NCBI GenBank assembly: GCA_973895155.1
Contig: OZ316899.1
Coordinates: forward strand, 12,182,834 to 12,246,833
Direction: 5' to 3'
Length of the DNA: 64,000 nucleotides
From: Marsupella aquatica
Taxonomy: Eukaryota; Plantae; Marchantiophyta
This document shows, one piece after another, positions 12,901 to 25,303 of the stretch (positions are counted from its first letter, which is position 1; every line of letters begins with the position of its first letter). A model generated the notes under the pieces. The model was not told where the DNA came from and searched no databases. It was given only the letters and a program-made list of their open reading frames with translations. A program made the position numbers and the translations under genes.

Positions 12901-14406
12901 AGGGATGCCTATTCAAACGGGCAAGTGAGTACATTGGGACCTACGAGGAGGAAGAGTCAAAAAGTGTAATAGCTATCTAAATTAGAAACTTAGAAATAAT
13001 GAAAAAATTTAAAATTTTTGTAGTTAGGAATAGATTAAACATAGCCAATTAATCTACTTTTAGATACAAGTAAGGTTAAGACTTAAGTTAGGCAGATTAA
13101 TGGATAATACCCTGAGTAATTAAGTAGGGGTGAGACAAGCCGGAAGAAACTACTATCGATGTTCTCGAAGCACGGAAGGAAGATTGGTGCTGCCAAGTTT
13201 GACCGTGCGTTACAAAGAGCGTTTTGGCGTAAAAGCGCAACGGCGCTTTGGAGCAAAAGCGCAACGGCGTTTCGGGGGGAAAGCGCAACAACGCAACCGC
13301 GTAACAGCATTTTGGAGCAAAGGCATAAGGGCGCAACAGAGCAAAAGTGCAACGGCGGATCACTTGGCATTGATCTCTTCGGATCGATAGTTGGTGACAA
13401 CGCCTTGTTCCTTGTTACTATGGCAGACAAAGGGGGAGAGATGACTGCGAGAGGAGTTCCTTTACCTAAGGCCATCCCTATGACATACCCCCTACGATGA
13501 AAAGAAACTTGCACATTTTGAAGGAAGCACTGGCGGTCATGCACCTGAGTAAATTGCTCACTCTGCCTTGGTCCGTAACTTCATTAAGTTTTCTGAAGGA
13601 TTTCAGTGATGGGGCATGAATCGAAGTTCGTATGGTGGGAACTGCTCAGGCAAATCCAGAATTCTGGACTCTGCAATTTGTTGCTGATGCTTTTGACTGT
13701 CCCGCCGAAGGTGACAGCCTACACTCACGACAAGGAGAGACTGCGAGGCCTTATTTTTCTGGAACTCGAAACGTTCGCCATGGATGGAAAATGGACCAGT
13801 GCACCGATTATACTCTTAAAGTCATTTTAGAGTTTTTTATTCCAATTCTCCATCCCATTCAGCCATATATGATACCTGTGTCACTTGCCAATACTATTGT
13901 GGCAAGTTGGAAGGGAGTTGCTCAGATAAATTGGGCCTTGTTGCTAAGACAGGTTATTTTATCTCAAGTAAAGAAGGTGAAAATGGATGAGTTCACTACT
14001 CTCCCTGCTTATCTTTGCCAGTTGTACTTTCATGGGAATTGCTTACTTCCAGGCAAACAAGAGGAGCGGATCAGACTGCTTGATGAACTTGATCTTAGTG
14101 AATCAGGAAATGAGGATACTGAAGGAGAAGATGCTGATGAAGCTCAACCAGAGGTTCCCCCACCTATCTGTTCAGAGGTTACCCCTCTTACCCATGGAGA
14201 ACCACTTGTGGAACCCAGAAGTACCTCTTCACCAATTCCTGATAATCTTCTATCCCCTTTTGAAGCTCTCAATCAGGATAGAAGACTTTACACCCCCCTC
14301 AATTCCAATCTCGATGAGTATACATCCGAACCAGAGATTCCCCCACCGCCTGTACCTGTGGTTGACATCTCTGTCCCTATTATTCTTCGCTCACCTACAG
14401 TCCCAA

Positions 14407-14960
14407 CACTACTACATATTTGCCAATTTTGCGAAGGCATTTTACAAGAGGAAGAAAGCTTTGCAAGATTAATCTCATCACTAAACTTGCGATACGATAT
14501 GCATCGCACTTAGCAAATCTACACACATCGCAACACATAATTGCGAAACTTAGACCATCGCAACATTTTACGACACTTCACGTATCGCAAAACATTTCCG
14601 AAGCAATTACCATTGAACAAGTTAGCGATCTTTACCGCTTCGCAAATTCATTGAGATGCGCCGGAAAACTAAATAGTTGCGAATATTTAAGCATCTCAAA
14701 ATATTTTGCGAGTCTTATTGTCTCGCAAATGAGCGATGTTTGTGGAATGGCTAACTTGCGATAGTAATAGGCTCGCAAATCTTGTGCCTGTCTAGGGTCT
14801 CATTTTGTGAATGTTTTGGTTTCGCAACGTTGAGATGGTGGTATCTTCGGAAGTTTGCGATGAGGGGATGATGGCAATTAGGGAGCAGTTAAGTATCGCA
14901 AATGTAGCGATGAGTTTGCGGGTGTAGGGGTTTCGCAAGATGTTTCGCAAAATATTATGA
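14407..14960. repeat. Left CACTA subterminal repeat array
   Basis: Dense (A/T)TCGCAA / TTGCGA motifs in both orientations next to the TIR. Confidence 0.85.
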
Positions 14961-14969
14961 GCGCTTCAA

Positions 14970-15600
14970 AGAGGTGGAAAAGGAATGGGATTGGGGAGGG
15001 AGGGTAAAGGAGGGTGGATACATGTAATTTTTAGGGAGGGACAATGAAAAGGAGGAGGAAGGGAATGGGGCTAGGAGGGACAAGGAACGGAGGGATCCAA
15101 GAGGGAGGATACAGGTTTAGGGGGCACAAGGAAATGAGGGAGGAGGAAGGGTATGTAGATATAGTTTTAGGGAGGGTTTGGATTTAGGGAGTGAAAATAA
15201 AAAGGAGGGAGTTTAGGGTTTAGAGAGGGACAAGGAAAGGAGGGAGGGTATTGGTTTAGAGAGGGACAAGGAAATGAGGGAGGTTTAAGGGTATAGGTTT
15301 AGGAGGGAGGAGAGAAGCTAGGTTGTATAGGTAAGAGTGGGGGACAGGGGTGGAAAGTAAGGAAAGTATAGGGTTGAAATAGAAAGGGGTTGGGACAAGG
15401 AGAGGAAGGAGGAAGGAGGGTTTAATAAGAGGGACAGACAATGAAAGAAAGGAGGAGGGAGGTGGGTACAAGTAATAAGGAGAACGGCTAGGGGGGGATT
15501 AGGAAAGCATGGAGGATAGAGGACTACAAGCAACATGAGTTTTCTTTGCATAAAGTCTACCAAAAGGTGTGGTGAGTGTGGGGTAGGGATGGGAGATATA
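14970..15600 (+). repeat. Purine/G-rich low-complexity tract inside the CACTA
   Basis: Repeated GGAGGGA, GGGACAAGGAA and TTTAGGG-like motifs; almost no C on the + strand. Confidence 0.8.
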
Positions 15601-15753
15601 GAAAACAACATTTGAAAATGATATAGTTACAAAACATAAGTTTATTGATAATTGAGAAGCACATATTTCTCCATTCTACCGAGAAGAGAAATCTTCATAT
15701 CATCAAATCTAACTATATATCCGTGTAGCTATATATCCACAAACACAGACCCC

Positions 15754-18700
15754 TCAAACTTGGTCCTCATCATCTTCAGGTTGGGACACAACCAGAATAT
15801 CAGGCTTTTCCCCAACGATTGAACGAGACCGTGGCACATATGTGATGACAAGTGACCATTCCTCTGGGTTTGGGGGGTATGGAATATAGAAACATTGTTC
15901 CACATGACTTGGAAAAGTGAACGGCTCTGATGTTTGCCAATGAGATGGCTGGAAACTAGTGGCAAACGTCTTCAGTCGTGTAAATCCACACTCATCTTGA
16001 ACCACAGTAGGATTGTTACCTGCAAGGTTCACTTTGAACCACTTGCACTTGAAGACATACTCTTCAAACTTTGATTGTGCATCATAAGATATCACTAGAA
16101 TCTCTTCTACCTTTCCATAATGTGGCACAACATCTCGAATAATATTTGTGTCATGGCGACTGCTGCGGGAATCTTGAGAGAATTGTCCTTGAACTCCACA
16201 ATCAAAGGTACGACCCCTCTTCTCATCAAGGGAAGAAATCCTAAAATCCATCAAACCATAAGGATATGTTACACAAAAATAGACACAAACATATTCCAAT
16301 TAATTGAACACACCAAGAATCTGCCTCTTCAATATACGTGCTTGTATTACAAATAAATTAAATTAAACCAAGTGATTCAAATCAAAGGTTACTAAGGTAG
16401 ATGGAGATCACCTGAAATGTCTTCCTTGTGTCCACATTGCTGTCCTTGTTGTAACCACTCTCAAGGGACCATGAACAATGGTACGAACATCATCTGTGAT
16501 AGCCGGAAAATGTAATACACTCTCTCCCCTGACCACCATGTCATCCACCTCAACTAACTTCTCCTTCATATAGTCAAGGTACTTTGGAAAAATCCTTGGT
16601 CTTGTGCTGTTACTTTTGGCATCCTCATAGAAAGCCCTCCATTCTTCCATGATAGTGCTGTTACTCAACATGAATGTGGTCAGTTGTTTCACCTCCACTG
16701 GTGTCAACATGCGAGTTTTCCTAGCACCTGTTAAACGATCCTCTTCATCTTCCCTCTCCTCTACCCAAGTACGGGGAGAGGTACAATCAATTGTGGCCAA
16801 TATGTTACTACAATAGAACATACTCTCAGCTGCTAAGTATCCTGTAGCCATGCTTCCCTCAACCCGTGCACGGTTATGTACATAACCTTTTAACACTGCC
16901 ATGTATCGTTCTAGCCAATACATCCACCGACAATGCACAGGACCTGCAATGGCCACCTCATGAACAAGATGAACAAGTAAATGCACTTGACAGTCAAAAA
17001 AGGAAGGAGGAAGGGCCTTCTCCAACTTGCATACCACCTCTGCTGCCAAAACCTCCATCCCAGGGATCTCATCAGTATATATCTCCTTAGAGCATACCCA
17101 TCTCAATAGTTTTCCCAATGACCAAAGGGCATCTTGCACTTCTTCACTTGCCAAACCTATTATGGCCACAGGCAATATGTGCTGCAATAACCTATGGTAG
17201 TCATGTGTCTTGAGATACCTTGGCCACTTATGATTGTCCTCCATCCCAAAGGCCTTTCGGAGATTGGCACCATAACCAGTAGGAAACCGCATGTCTCCTA
17301 TGCGATTCCAAAACTCCCTTCTCTGGCCAATAGGAAGCACCCATGGAGCTGAAGGTCGATGCTCGATCCCTGTGATAGGATCACTTATGACCCACACATC
17401 TGGATGCATCTCAAGATCCTCACAAGCCTCCCTGAAGTTAGTGTCTTTCTCTCCATAGAAAGCCTTTATCAAAGCCTTTCCCACATTTCCCTCAATGTGC
17501 ATGGGGTCTAATAGATGGCGGATCTTCAACTCACCCCAATAGGGCAAAGTGGTTAATATACTCCACCTTGTCAAGCCACTACCGTCAAATTGCATGGGAT
17601 CCTCTGGGTCTGCCACTCTTGCAGCCATGTCTTTCCAGTGTGTAAAAGTTGTTGGCTCAGGTACATCACGCTCGTCACCAAAGGGCATATCAATAGAGGA
17701 AAATAGTAGTGGGTCACGCCTCATCTGATGTCCCATTGGAAGAAACTTTGTATGCCCAAGATAAACAATCTTGCAAAGATGTGATGAATACTTGGCTACA
17801 TCACCAAGGCTTGGGCCACAAGTGGAGCAAGCCTTGTAGCCTTGGGTTTGCAACCCACTCACAAAGCCAAATCCTGGTCATATAAACACACATTATGTTA
17901 GGATTAGCACATGGAAATGAGGGGATACCATGCATTAGAATATGATGCATTTAAACAACAAAGTTCTTACCTGGGTAGTCATGCATGGTCCACATACAAA
18001 CCCCTTTGAGTTTGAAAACCCGTGGGGTACCCCCTGTAGTCTTTCGACCATCATATGCCCATACTCCTTCCCATAATTTCTGGAGTTCCTGAACCAGTAA
18101 TGTCAAATAGGTGTCCATGTTCTTCACCTTCTTTGGCCCTGGGATAATCAAAGATAGCAACAAAAAACCCTTTTTCATGGACAACCATGGTGGAAGGTTG
18201 TAATTCATGATAAACACAGGCCAGACCGATGTAGGTCTCCCCTTCCCTCCAAGTGAATGAGGGCTAACTCCATCTGATGCCAACCCCAGTCGCACATGCC
18301 GAGGGTCACGCTCAAAATCTGGCCATGTTGATTCCACATGTTTATGAGCAGGAGAGTCAACTGGTAATCGCATGACACCGGGCTCCGAACGATGTTTCTT
18401 GTGCCATACCATCAACTCGGCCAAGTCAGAACATCTATACATGTGCAACAAGCAAGGAATTATGGGGAACCAACGAACTGCTTTCCTTGGTACCTTCTGG
18501 GTTAGCATGTTTGGCTCATACCGTGGCTCATGACACACTGTGCATTCTGTGATATGGGCTGTATCCCCGTGAAATAACATGCAATCATTCACACAGGCAT
18601 GAATAATATGGTAATCCATGCCAATGGATGAGAGAACCTTCTTTGCATCCTTCCAGGTCCCTGGCAACACATTCTCCGAGGGTAACATCAAGTCATGACA

Positions 18701-19147
18701 ATATTCAAATATGTCTGATAACATAGAATTGCTTGTCTTGTGTTTGGCTTGAATGTTCAAGAGCCCCAATATGGCAGAAAGACGGCTCAACCGAGCACCC
18801 TCAAAAATAGGTGTTCGAGCATGTTCCTCTGCCTCTTTCCATTGTTGTTGTCCCTCTGGAGTATGTTGTGGCCGTGGGTCATTTGAAGGGCCAACCTCAT
18901 CACCAATGTGAGGCACATCATCCTCAACATCGGCACCAAACCAATCAACCATGAAGTCATCCATGGCTCTATCTTGATCATGCATGACCTGGTCATCAGT
19001 CTGAGGTGCGGCTTCCTCATCAGCACCACCTACATCATTACTTGATGAGGAATCACCCTCTGATGGTTCTCCCTCTTCTGGCATACCCATCTCCCGATAT
19101 GTTGCTCTCAACCTTCGTGGTAACATTTGTTGAGATGGTTGCGCATT
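15754..19147 (-). CDS. CACTA transposase (TnpD/Tnp2; Transposase_21 + DUF4218 + DUF4216 type), exons 19147-17971, 17873-16412, 16240-15754
   Basis: Motifs IHACVNDCMLF, RHVRLGLASDG, SVWPV..YNLPPW, HDYPG|FGFVSG..CSTC, RHLLDPMHIEGNV, LKTHDYHRLLQ, PPSFFD.QVHLLVHL, GPVHCRWMY..ERYM, YGKVEEI..FKCKWF, EPF. GT-AG introns 17970-17874 and 16411-16241 keep the frame; no stops seen in exons. Confidence 0.93.
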
Positions 19148-19361
19148 CTATGCACATTACAACCAAAAAACCTCCTTATGTATATTTGACCAAGTACAAC
19201 AAACTAAAATAGACTTAACACGGTCATTCATTCAAGACATTAAGAATTAAAGTAAATGCATGGGCTAAAACCTTATTACTCCAAAATGAGCCCAAAGGCC
19301 ATATATATAATAGTAAATGGGAAGTCCAAAATAGGTGCAAGAGGATAAAGGACATGATTTC

Positions 19362-20528
19362 CTAATCCCACTCATAGTGTGTGAATAACTCATCTCCTGC
19401 TCTAATGGTCCTAGTAGCAAGAACTAAGCAATGGTCCTTATGATATGTCGTGCCATATGGTGCCGGCATTGGACCATCAGTAAAAACCCACTCACAATTG
19501 GCCCTACGCTTGGGCCGAGTCCCCACAGTACTATTTATGAAACCAGCAATATTCCCATTACGTATGGGATCACCATCTATCACCCGCTGCTCACTATACC
19601 TTCTAGTGCTACCATCAAAAGTATCCATCTCTAGAGCATATGTTTTCCACTCAGGATGTTGTGCAAGGATCATGTTCCAATGTCTTCTCTTGTAGATGGG
19701 TCCACCGTATGGGAACAAAGTAGGACCCTCTCTACCACGAACACTTGACCCACCCTCCTCATCCATGATGATATCCTCACAAGCAAATACTCCATATCCA
19801 TGTCTCTCTCCAAGTGTGGAAGTTTTCACAATCCAACGTCTACCCCAAACCACAATCTCCTCATCAAAATCTGTAAAATAAGGCAAGCCAAGAGTGATAG
19901 GTTCCCAATCCTTGATGATAGAGGCACACTTGCCAGTGAATGAACAAACACCCCACCTACCCTAAACTAGTGTTCTGGATGGGTCATTGGGTGCTCGTGG
20001 CCTCCTGTTGGATTGGGGCCTGGACCGGGGTCTTCGTGTCTCAGTGGGCACATGAGGGTGTTCCCCTTCTGTCCCATGACTGGTACTAATTCCCAAACCC
20101 AAGGCTTGTGAAAGTGCATTGCCTATAGCATCTAAAACTCCTTGTGATGGGACATAGGGTGGTGGTGTCACCAATCTACGCATACTGGATCCCTATTCCA
20201 TGCAAACACCCACAAACAACCAAATGTGTAAACCATATGTGTAAACATTGATTCACCTCTAAAAATAACAGTAAAGAACGGCAATCAATTGAAACAAACT
20301 TACCATATGGGATGAAGAAGCCCCGGGAGTAAGACCTCTATGACGTCCATATCTCTCAATATGTTGAGCACACACATAAGATTTTTGAGAAATTTGGCCC
20401 ACACATCTGGTGCAGTCACAAAGTCTTCGGGGTGGACCACGAGGACCGGTAACCTCGGGCTGAGGAGGAGGGGGTATATCGTCATCGGAGGAGTACTCAC
20501 TACTGGATAGTTCAGAGGAAGAGGACAT
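19362..20528 (-). pseudogene. Transposon-borne SET-domain protein (exon 1 ~20528-20304 with CxCxxC..H motif; exon 2 20192-19362 with SET domain; one in-frame TAG at 19964-19962)
   Basis: SET motifs HGYGVFA, YGG, NIAGFINS, ANC, VLATRTIRAGDELFTHY. ORFs 20183 and 19886 share a frame separated by a single TAG. GTAAGT donor at 20303 and AG acceptor at 20194-20193 are both phase 0. Confidence 0.85.
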
Positions 20529-20629
20529 ATCCACTGCCACATTACATTGCATGTAGGGCATGATTAGGAAAAATTAGGCCATATATAAAGCAATTTAAAA
20601 AAAAATGAACTCAAAAAACAATTAGGTTG

Positions 20630-21700
20630 GTTTATACATGGGGTTTTATTACCCTTTTATATTTGTTAGCATGAAACCCAAATTAAGGTGAGTGTCATGC
20701 AAGAAGAAACCACATTATAACCTTTGGGAAAATTGTAATACCCTATGTCCTAAGTGAGGTTAGATTATTACCTGAATGAGACCCAGGCTCAACAGTGCCT
20801 ATAGGTCACGTGGCTTTTGGAACATTTGCCAAATCTAGAAGTAGGAGAAAAATACTGGAAACAAAATGTAAGTTTGGATGGTAATTAGCAGCCGTCAAGT
20901 TGTGGAATCTTAGACATTTACCCACATATATCATGGCACAACAAAGAAGGGCAAGCATAAAAATCTGTACTAACAACATTGACTGTATACATGATGTTAT
21001 ACCTTTTAGATGCCCGGGTTCCCACAATGCATATGCATTAGACAAAAGTTGAGGTAGTAGTGTTGGCCCTGCGTTGTATCATGATTACATGGGTTTTCCC
21101 CTCAATTGTTAGCATAAAACCCTAAACCCTAAACCCTTATCCCCCCTCGAGTGAAAGGTGAGTGTCATGCAATAAAAACCCACCCTAGACCCCTGGGAAA
21201 ACTCTAAAGGCCTAAGCCCAGAATGAAGTTGGACAATAATTACCTGAATGAGATCCGGACTCAATAGTGCCTGTAGGTCGTGTGGCTCATTGAACATGAG
21301 CTGAATCTAGAAGCACGAGGAAAATACTGGAAACAAAAAAGTAAGTTTGGATAGCCATTAGCTTCTCTCAAGTTGTAGACCCCCAAACATGTGCATATAG
21401 ATATTCTTGCACAACAAAGAAGGGCAAGGTTTATGAACAATCTCTTTATCAAACCCTGCTAACATACATGTTTAAATATACCTTTTAGATGTCTGGGTTC
21501 CCACAATGCATATGCATTAGACAAAAGTTGAGGAAGCAGTGATGGTCCTGCACTGGATCATGATTACATGGGATTTCCCTCAATTGTTAGCATAAAAACC
21601 AAAACCTCATCCCGCTTCAAGTGAAAGGTGAGTGTCATGCAATAAAAACCCACCATAGACCCTTGGGAACTCTAAAAGCGTAAGCCAATGAAGTTAGCAA
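20630..21700. repeat. Internal tandem duplication (~450-480 bp unit, about 2.3 copies) between the divergent CACTA genes
   Basis: Recurring blocks TACATGGG..TGTTAGCAT, AAGGTGAGTGTCATGCAA, TTACCTGAATGAGA, GGGTTCCCACAATGCATATGCATTAGACAAAAGTTGAGG; units start at ~20636, ~21087, ~21565. Confidence 0.9.
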
Positions 21701-22410
21701 AAACCTAAATGGTCAATTCCCTTCAACCATCCTATGCTTCTCTCTACCATAATTATATGCCACCCCTCTTGGTTACCCTCCTAAGATACCATAAAAGTAA
21801 CCCAAGATACTATAAAACTGAAACCTCTCTTTCAAACCCTCCTAAGTTGGCCTAAACCCCAAAACCCAAAACATAAAACCCCTCCTAGCTCTTACCCTCC
21901 AATACATATAACCCCAACCTTCATAAATAAAACCCCCCTGCAAACCCAAAACATAAAACCCCTCGTATCTAAGCCAATCTAAGCCCAACCTTCACAAAAG
22001 AACCCTCCCCTAACCAGGCCAAACCCCCTCCTCTTACCCTGCAATATAACTCCTTCAATTTTCTAACCCCCCCAATCCTTATCTCATCACATCCCACTAA
22101 AATGCAACATAATCCTCTACATCTACCCCATTTAATGTTCATAAGCCCCCTTAGTATCCCTAACAACACATCAAATACGCATGCGAGACGGGGGTTATGG
22201 CAAAACCAAATAGCGAAGGCTTTTGCGAATCTTGAAGCTTCGCAAAGATAGAATTTGCGAAGCTTTTTGCGAAGGCCGATGCATCGCAAACTGCGATGCG
22301 AAACGAATCGCAAAGCCCAATATTTTGAATCCTTATGGATTGCCGAGCGCGGACAAGGCGGATTCAGTTCATTCAGGCCTGAGGAGAGCAACGAGGGCAA
22401 GGGCGGAGCG

Positions 22411-24515
22411 ATGGCGAGCGGAGAGGGGACTGGTGGTGATGGAGGAGCTTCTGGCAGCAGCGGAGGCAACCGAGGGGGGGGGGATCGATTGAAGGCGATT
22501 GTGGATGAGCATTTTTCGGTTGCACAGTTGAGTCAAATTGATTTCACCAGTCCAGCAGGGCTGGCATCATTGAGTGCCCTTTTGGGCCAAGCCTTGCAAG
22601 CAGGTCTCACTGCAGGGCAAGCAGCAGTGGAGGAGGATGCAAGGAAGGCAGCAGAGCAGGCGGCTGCTGAGAGGAAGCGAAAGAGGGACGAGAGAGCTCA
22701 GGCTGGAGTGCTCTCGCCTCAAGCATTGGAAAAGAAGAGGAGGAAAGATGAGAGAGACCTGATCAGGAAACAGAGGGAGGAGCAAAGAAAGAAGGAGGCA
22801 GCAAGGAGGAAGCTGCCTCTGATTACTTTAGAGGATGAGGGGATTCCCACCGAGCTTGCTTACAATGGGGCCAAGAGCACAATCAGGCACATTGTATCCA
22901 CAAATTTTGCAAGAGGAGTCGAGTGGGGCACTCGCTCAAAGGCAGAGCAGAAGCGAGTCATCAATCAGGTGAAAGATGCATTTCGAAATGGAGGAGAGAT
23001 GGATTCACAGTGGCTTGCTGACAAAATTTCAAACTCCATGTCACAAGCTAGATACCATGATAGAATGAAGATCAGGTCTCACCTTAGAGATTTGGAGGAG
23101 TATAGGAATTTGCAGAGGCCGCTGCAATTCTCAGAAGATATCTGGTAGGCCTTCTACCAGACAGAGGTGAAGTTGAAAGCAGCCAGGCTCCTCAATGATT
23201 TCACAGAGAAGCTGGCAAAGGCTCGAAGGGCAAAGGAGGCTGGGAAGTCTGACCGGGACCTGAAGGTGATGGAGCAGAAGGTAGCCCAGCTCCAGCAGGT
23301 TGTAGCAGAAGTAGGCGATCCACCCAACAAGTTCCTGAAGGCAGCTGAGCGAGTCCGAGACAAGCCCAACATCACCCACAGGCTGGGTCAAGGTGGCCTC
23401 CCCGGCCTCAAAGCAGCATTCGTGAGTGCACCTCCCTCTCCTCCCTTGACTTCTTGCTACTCCAATTCCTATTCCAACACACCTGCAATGAGCCAACTCT
23501 TTCTTGCATTTCCACCAAGTAGTTACAATTAGACTTGTTGTGTCAGATTAGGTCACGTACAGTTGCTTCCCTCTCGGGTTTTTGCCATGACAGAGTTTGC
23601 GATACATTTGCGATGCGGGTAGCTTCGCAAATCCTTCGCAAACCTTATTATGCCCTTTTTTTGCTTACATTTGCGAAGGCATTGCGAAGACGTTCGCATC
23701 GCAACCAGCTTCGCAAATGTAATTGTCCTTATGATTGCGAAGCTGGCGCCTTCGCAAAATTTCAAAAATTTGAATTTTTAAATTTTCCGATCGTTTAAGT
23801 GTTCTTTGAGGGTCTTCCCCACATATGCCACCCTCCATAACCCCAAAACCTTGATGCACCACCCCACCAGCCCCAACAAACCCCCTAATTTTTAGAAGCC
23901 ATGTGAATCGAGTTATGGGTTGGTGTTAACCCAATTGTGCTGGTTTTGTTTTGGCTTAGTACAAGAGGTACAAGAGGAAGATTACGGCGGCTGAGATGGA
24001 GGTGGGCCAGAAACATGGGAAGGAGCATCTCTTTCAGCAAGTTGATGAATTATTGGTGAGAATTTTTAGGTTATTACATTCATTGCAATTTTGAATGAAT
24101 ATCTCTTTTGTTCACACTTGTAAAGAATATGAGACTAACAGACACCCTGGTTTGCTAATGGAAGCAGGGAGGGGAGGATGGTGACTCCCATACCGAGGGT
24201 GGCACCGATAGTAGTGATGAGGATGTGGAGGGGACAGGGGAGGGGAGCACAGCTCCTGCTACTCAAGCCAGGCCAACTAGCACTGGAGACCAATCATTTG
24301 CATCAGCACGTTCCAGTGGTGCTGGGGGTGGTAGCGCGGCAAGCCAGGACGGTGGAGGTGGGGATGAGGATGAGGATGAGGATGAGGAGGAGGGTGACCC
24401 CGAGGGTGACCAAGAGGAGGAGGAAGTCCAGGTTGCACCCCCCCCAAGAGCACACAAGGGCAAGGAGAAGGCCAAGGGGAAGAAGGCAAGGAGGGGCAGG
24501 AACACTCCTTTCTAG
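22411..24515 (+). pseudogene. CACTA second gene, TnpA/Ptta (Transposase_24)-like; exons ~22411-23421, 23960-24055, 24168-24515
   Basis: ORFs 22255-23148 and 23167- share a frame broken by one TAG. HRLGQGGLPGL resembles the HRLG(S/R)xGY motif of Ptta/En-Spm proteins. GT-AG introns join in frame to an acidic/basic tail. Confidence 0.6.
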
Positions 24516-24769
24516 CTCGATGTAGACAGGTTGTAGCTAGAGCACTTACATCGAGTTCACATGTATAGCGATCAGCATGCATGGCCGTGGCACTTTACCT
24601 AAGGGTTTTTACCCTTCCATTTTGTAACTTTTGTACTTTTTCAGTAATGCCATTTTAATTGCGGCAGACTGGGTCAATATCACTTTCCTCCCTCCTTCAA
24701 AACCCATGAATGGTCTCCCTCACCCTCACCCTAACCCAAATACACAAAAACCCATGAAATATACATTTT

Positions 24770-25303
24770 GCGAAGCTTTTGAGAACCAACCCCCATCTCA
24801 AAGAGCCACGGTGAACGTATCGCAACCATTCCGAGGAGAAACGCATCGCAACACTTGCGATGTTGTCTAAATCACAACCCTAGCGAAGACTTCCTCTCCA
24901 CACGTTTGCGAGTTAAATGCCTTCGCAACAAAGCGGTCATCCGCTTCTCGCAATCTTACGAGTTTGTTTGCATCGCAAGTTATAGAGAAATTTAACATCG
25001 GAAATTGCGATGTAAATGTTATCGCAACGCGAGCGATTCATTTGTTCTCGCAAAATAATGAAATTTGTCGTTTCTCAATATTTGCAAGGACATTGTCGTC
25101 GCAATGTTGCGGAGATGTTGCGACGTATTTAGAATCGCAAGTTGCGAAGTAGTTGCGAAGGGCCGTTTGCGAAGAATTTGAGATGGGAAGTAGCGAAGAC
25201 GTTGCGATGCGAGTAAGTTCGCAAATTGGGTATTTCGGATTTTGTTTCCTTTGTATGATGCAAAGGGTGGTGGTTCGCAAAAGAGGTGCATAGTGTTGTA
25301 GTG
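24770..25303. repeat. Right CACTA subterminal repeat array
   Basis: Dense TCGCAA/TTGCGA motifs next to the TIR. Confidence 0.85.

Larger units (their letters stand above)
14407..25303. mobile_element. Full-length CACTA (EnSpm/CMC) DNA transposon, 10.9 kb
   Basis: Termini CACTACTACA... and ...TGTTGTAGTG; 3-bp TSD CAA at 14404-14406 and 25304-25306; subterminal TTCGCAA/TTGCGA arrays; encodes a Tnp2-type transposase. Confidence 0.96.

Noticed and set aside
13083-13544. Overlapping ORFs on both strands
   Set aside because: Produced by stop-poor AAAGCGCAACGGCG repeats (also at ~27120-27180); not credible proteins.
14420-14764. 114-aa ORF and the C-terminal extension of ORF 13632-14513
   Set aside because: Read-through into CACTA TIR and subterminal repeats.
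21117-21138. Telomere or interstitial telomeric array
   Set aside because: Only about three AAACCCT units inside a transposon spacer.
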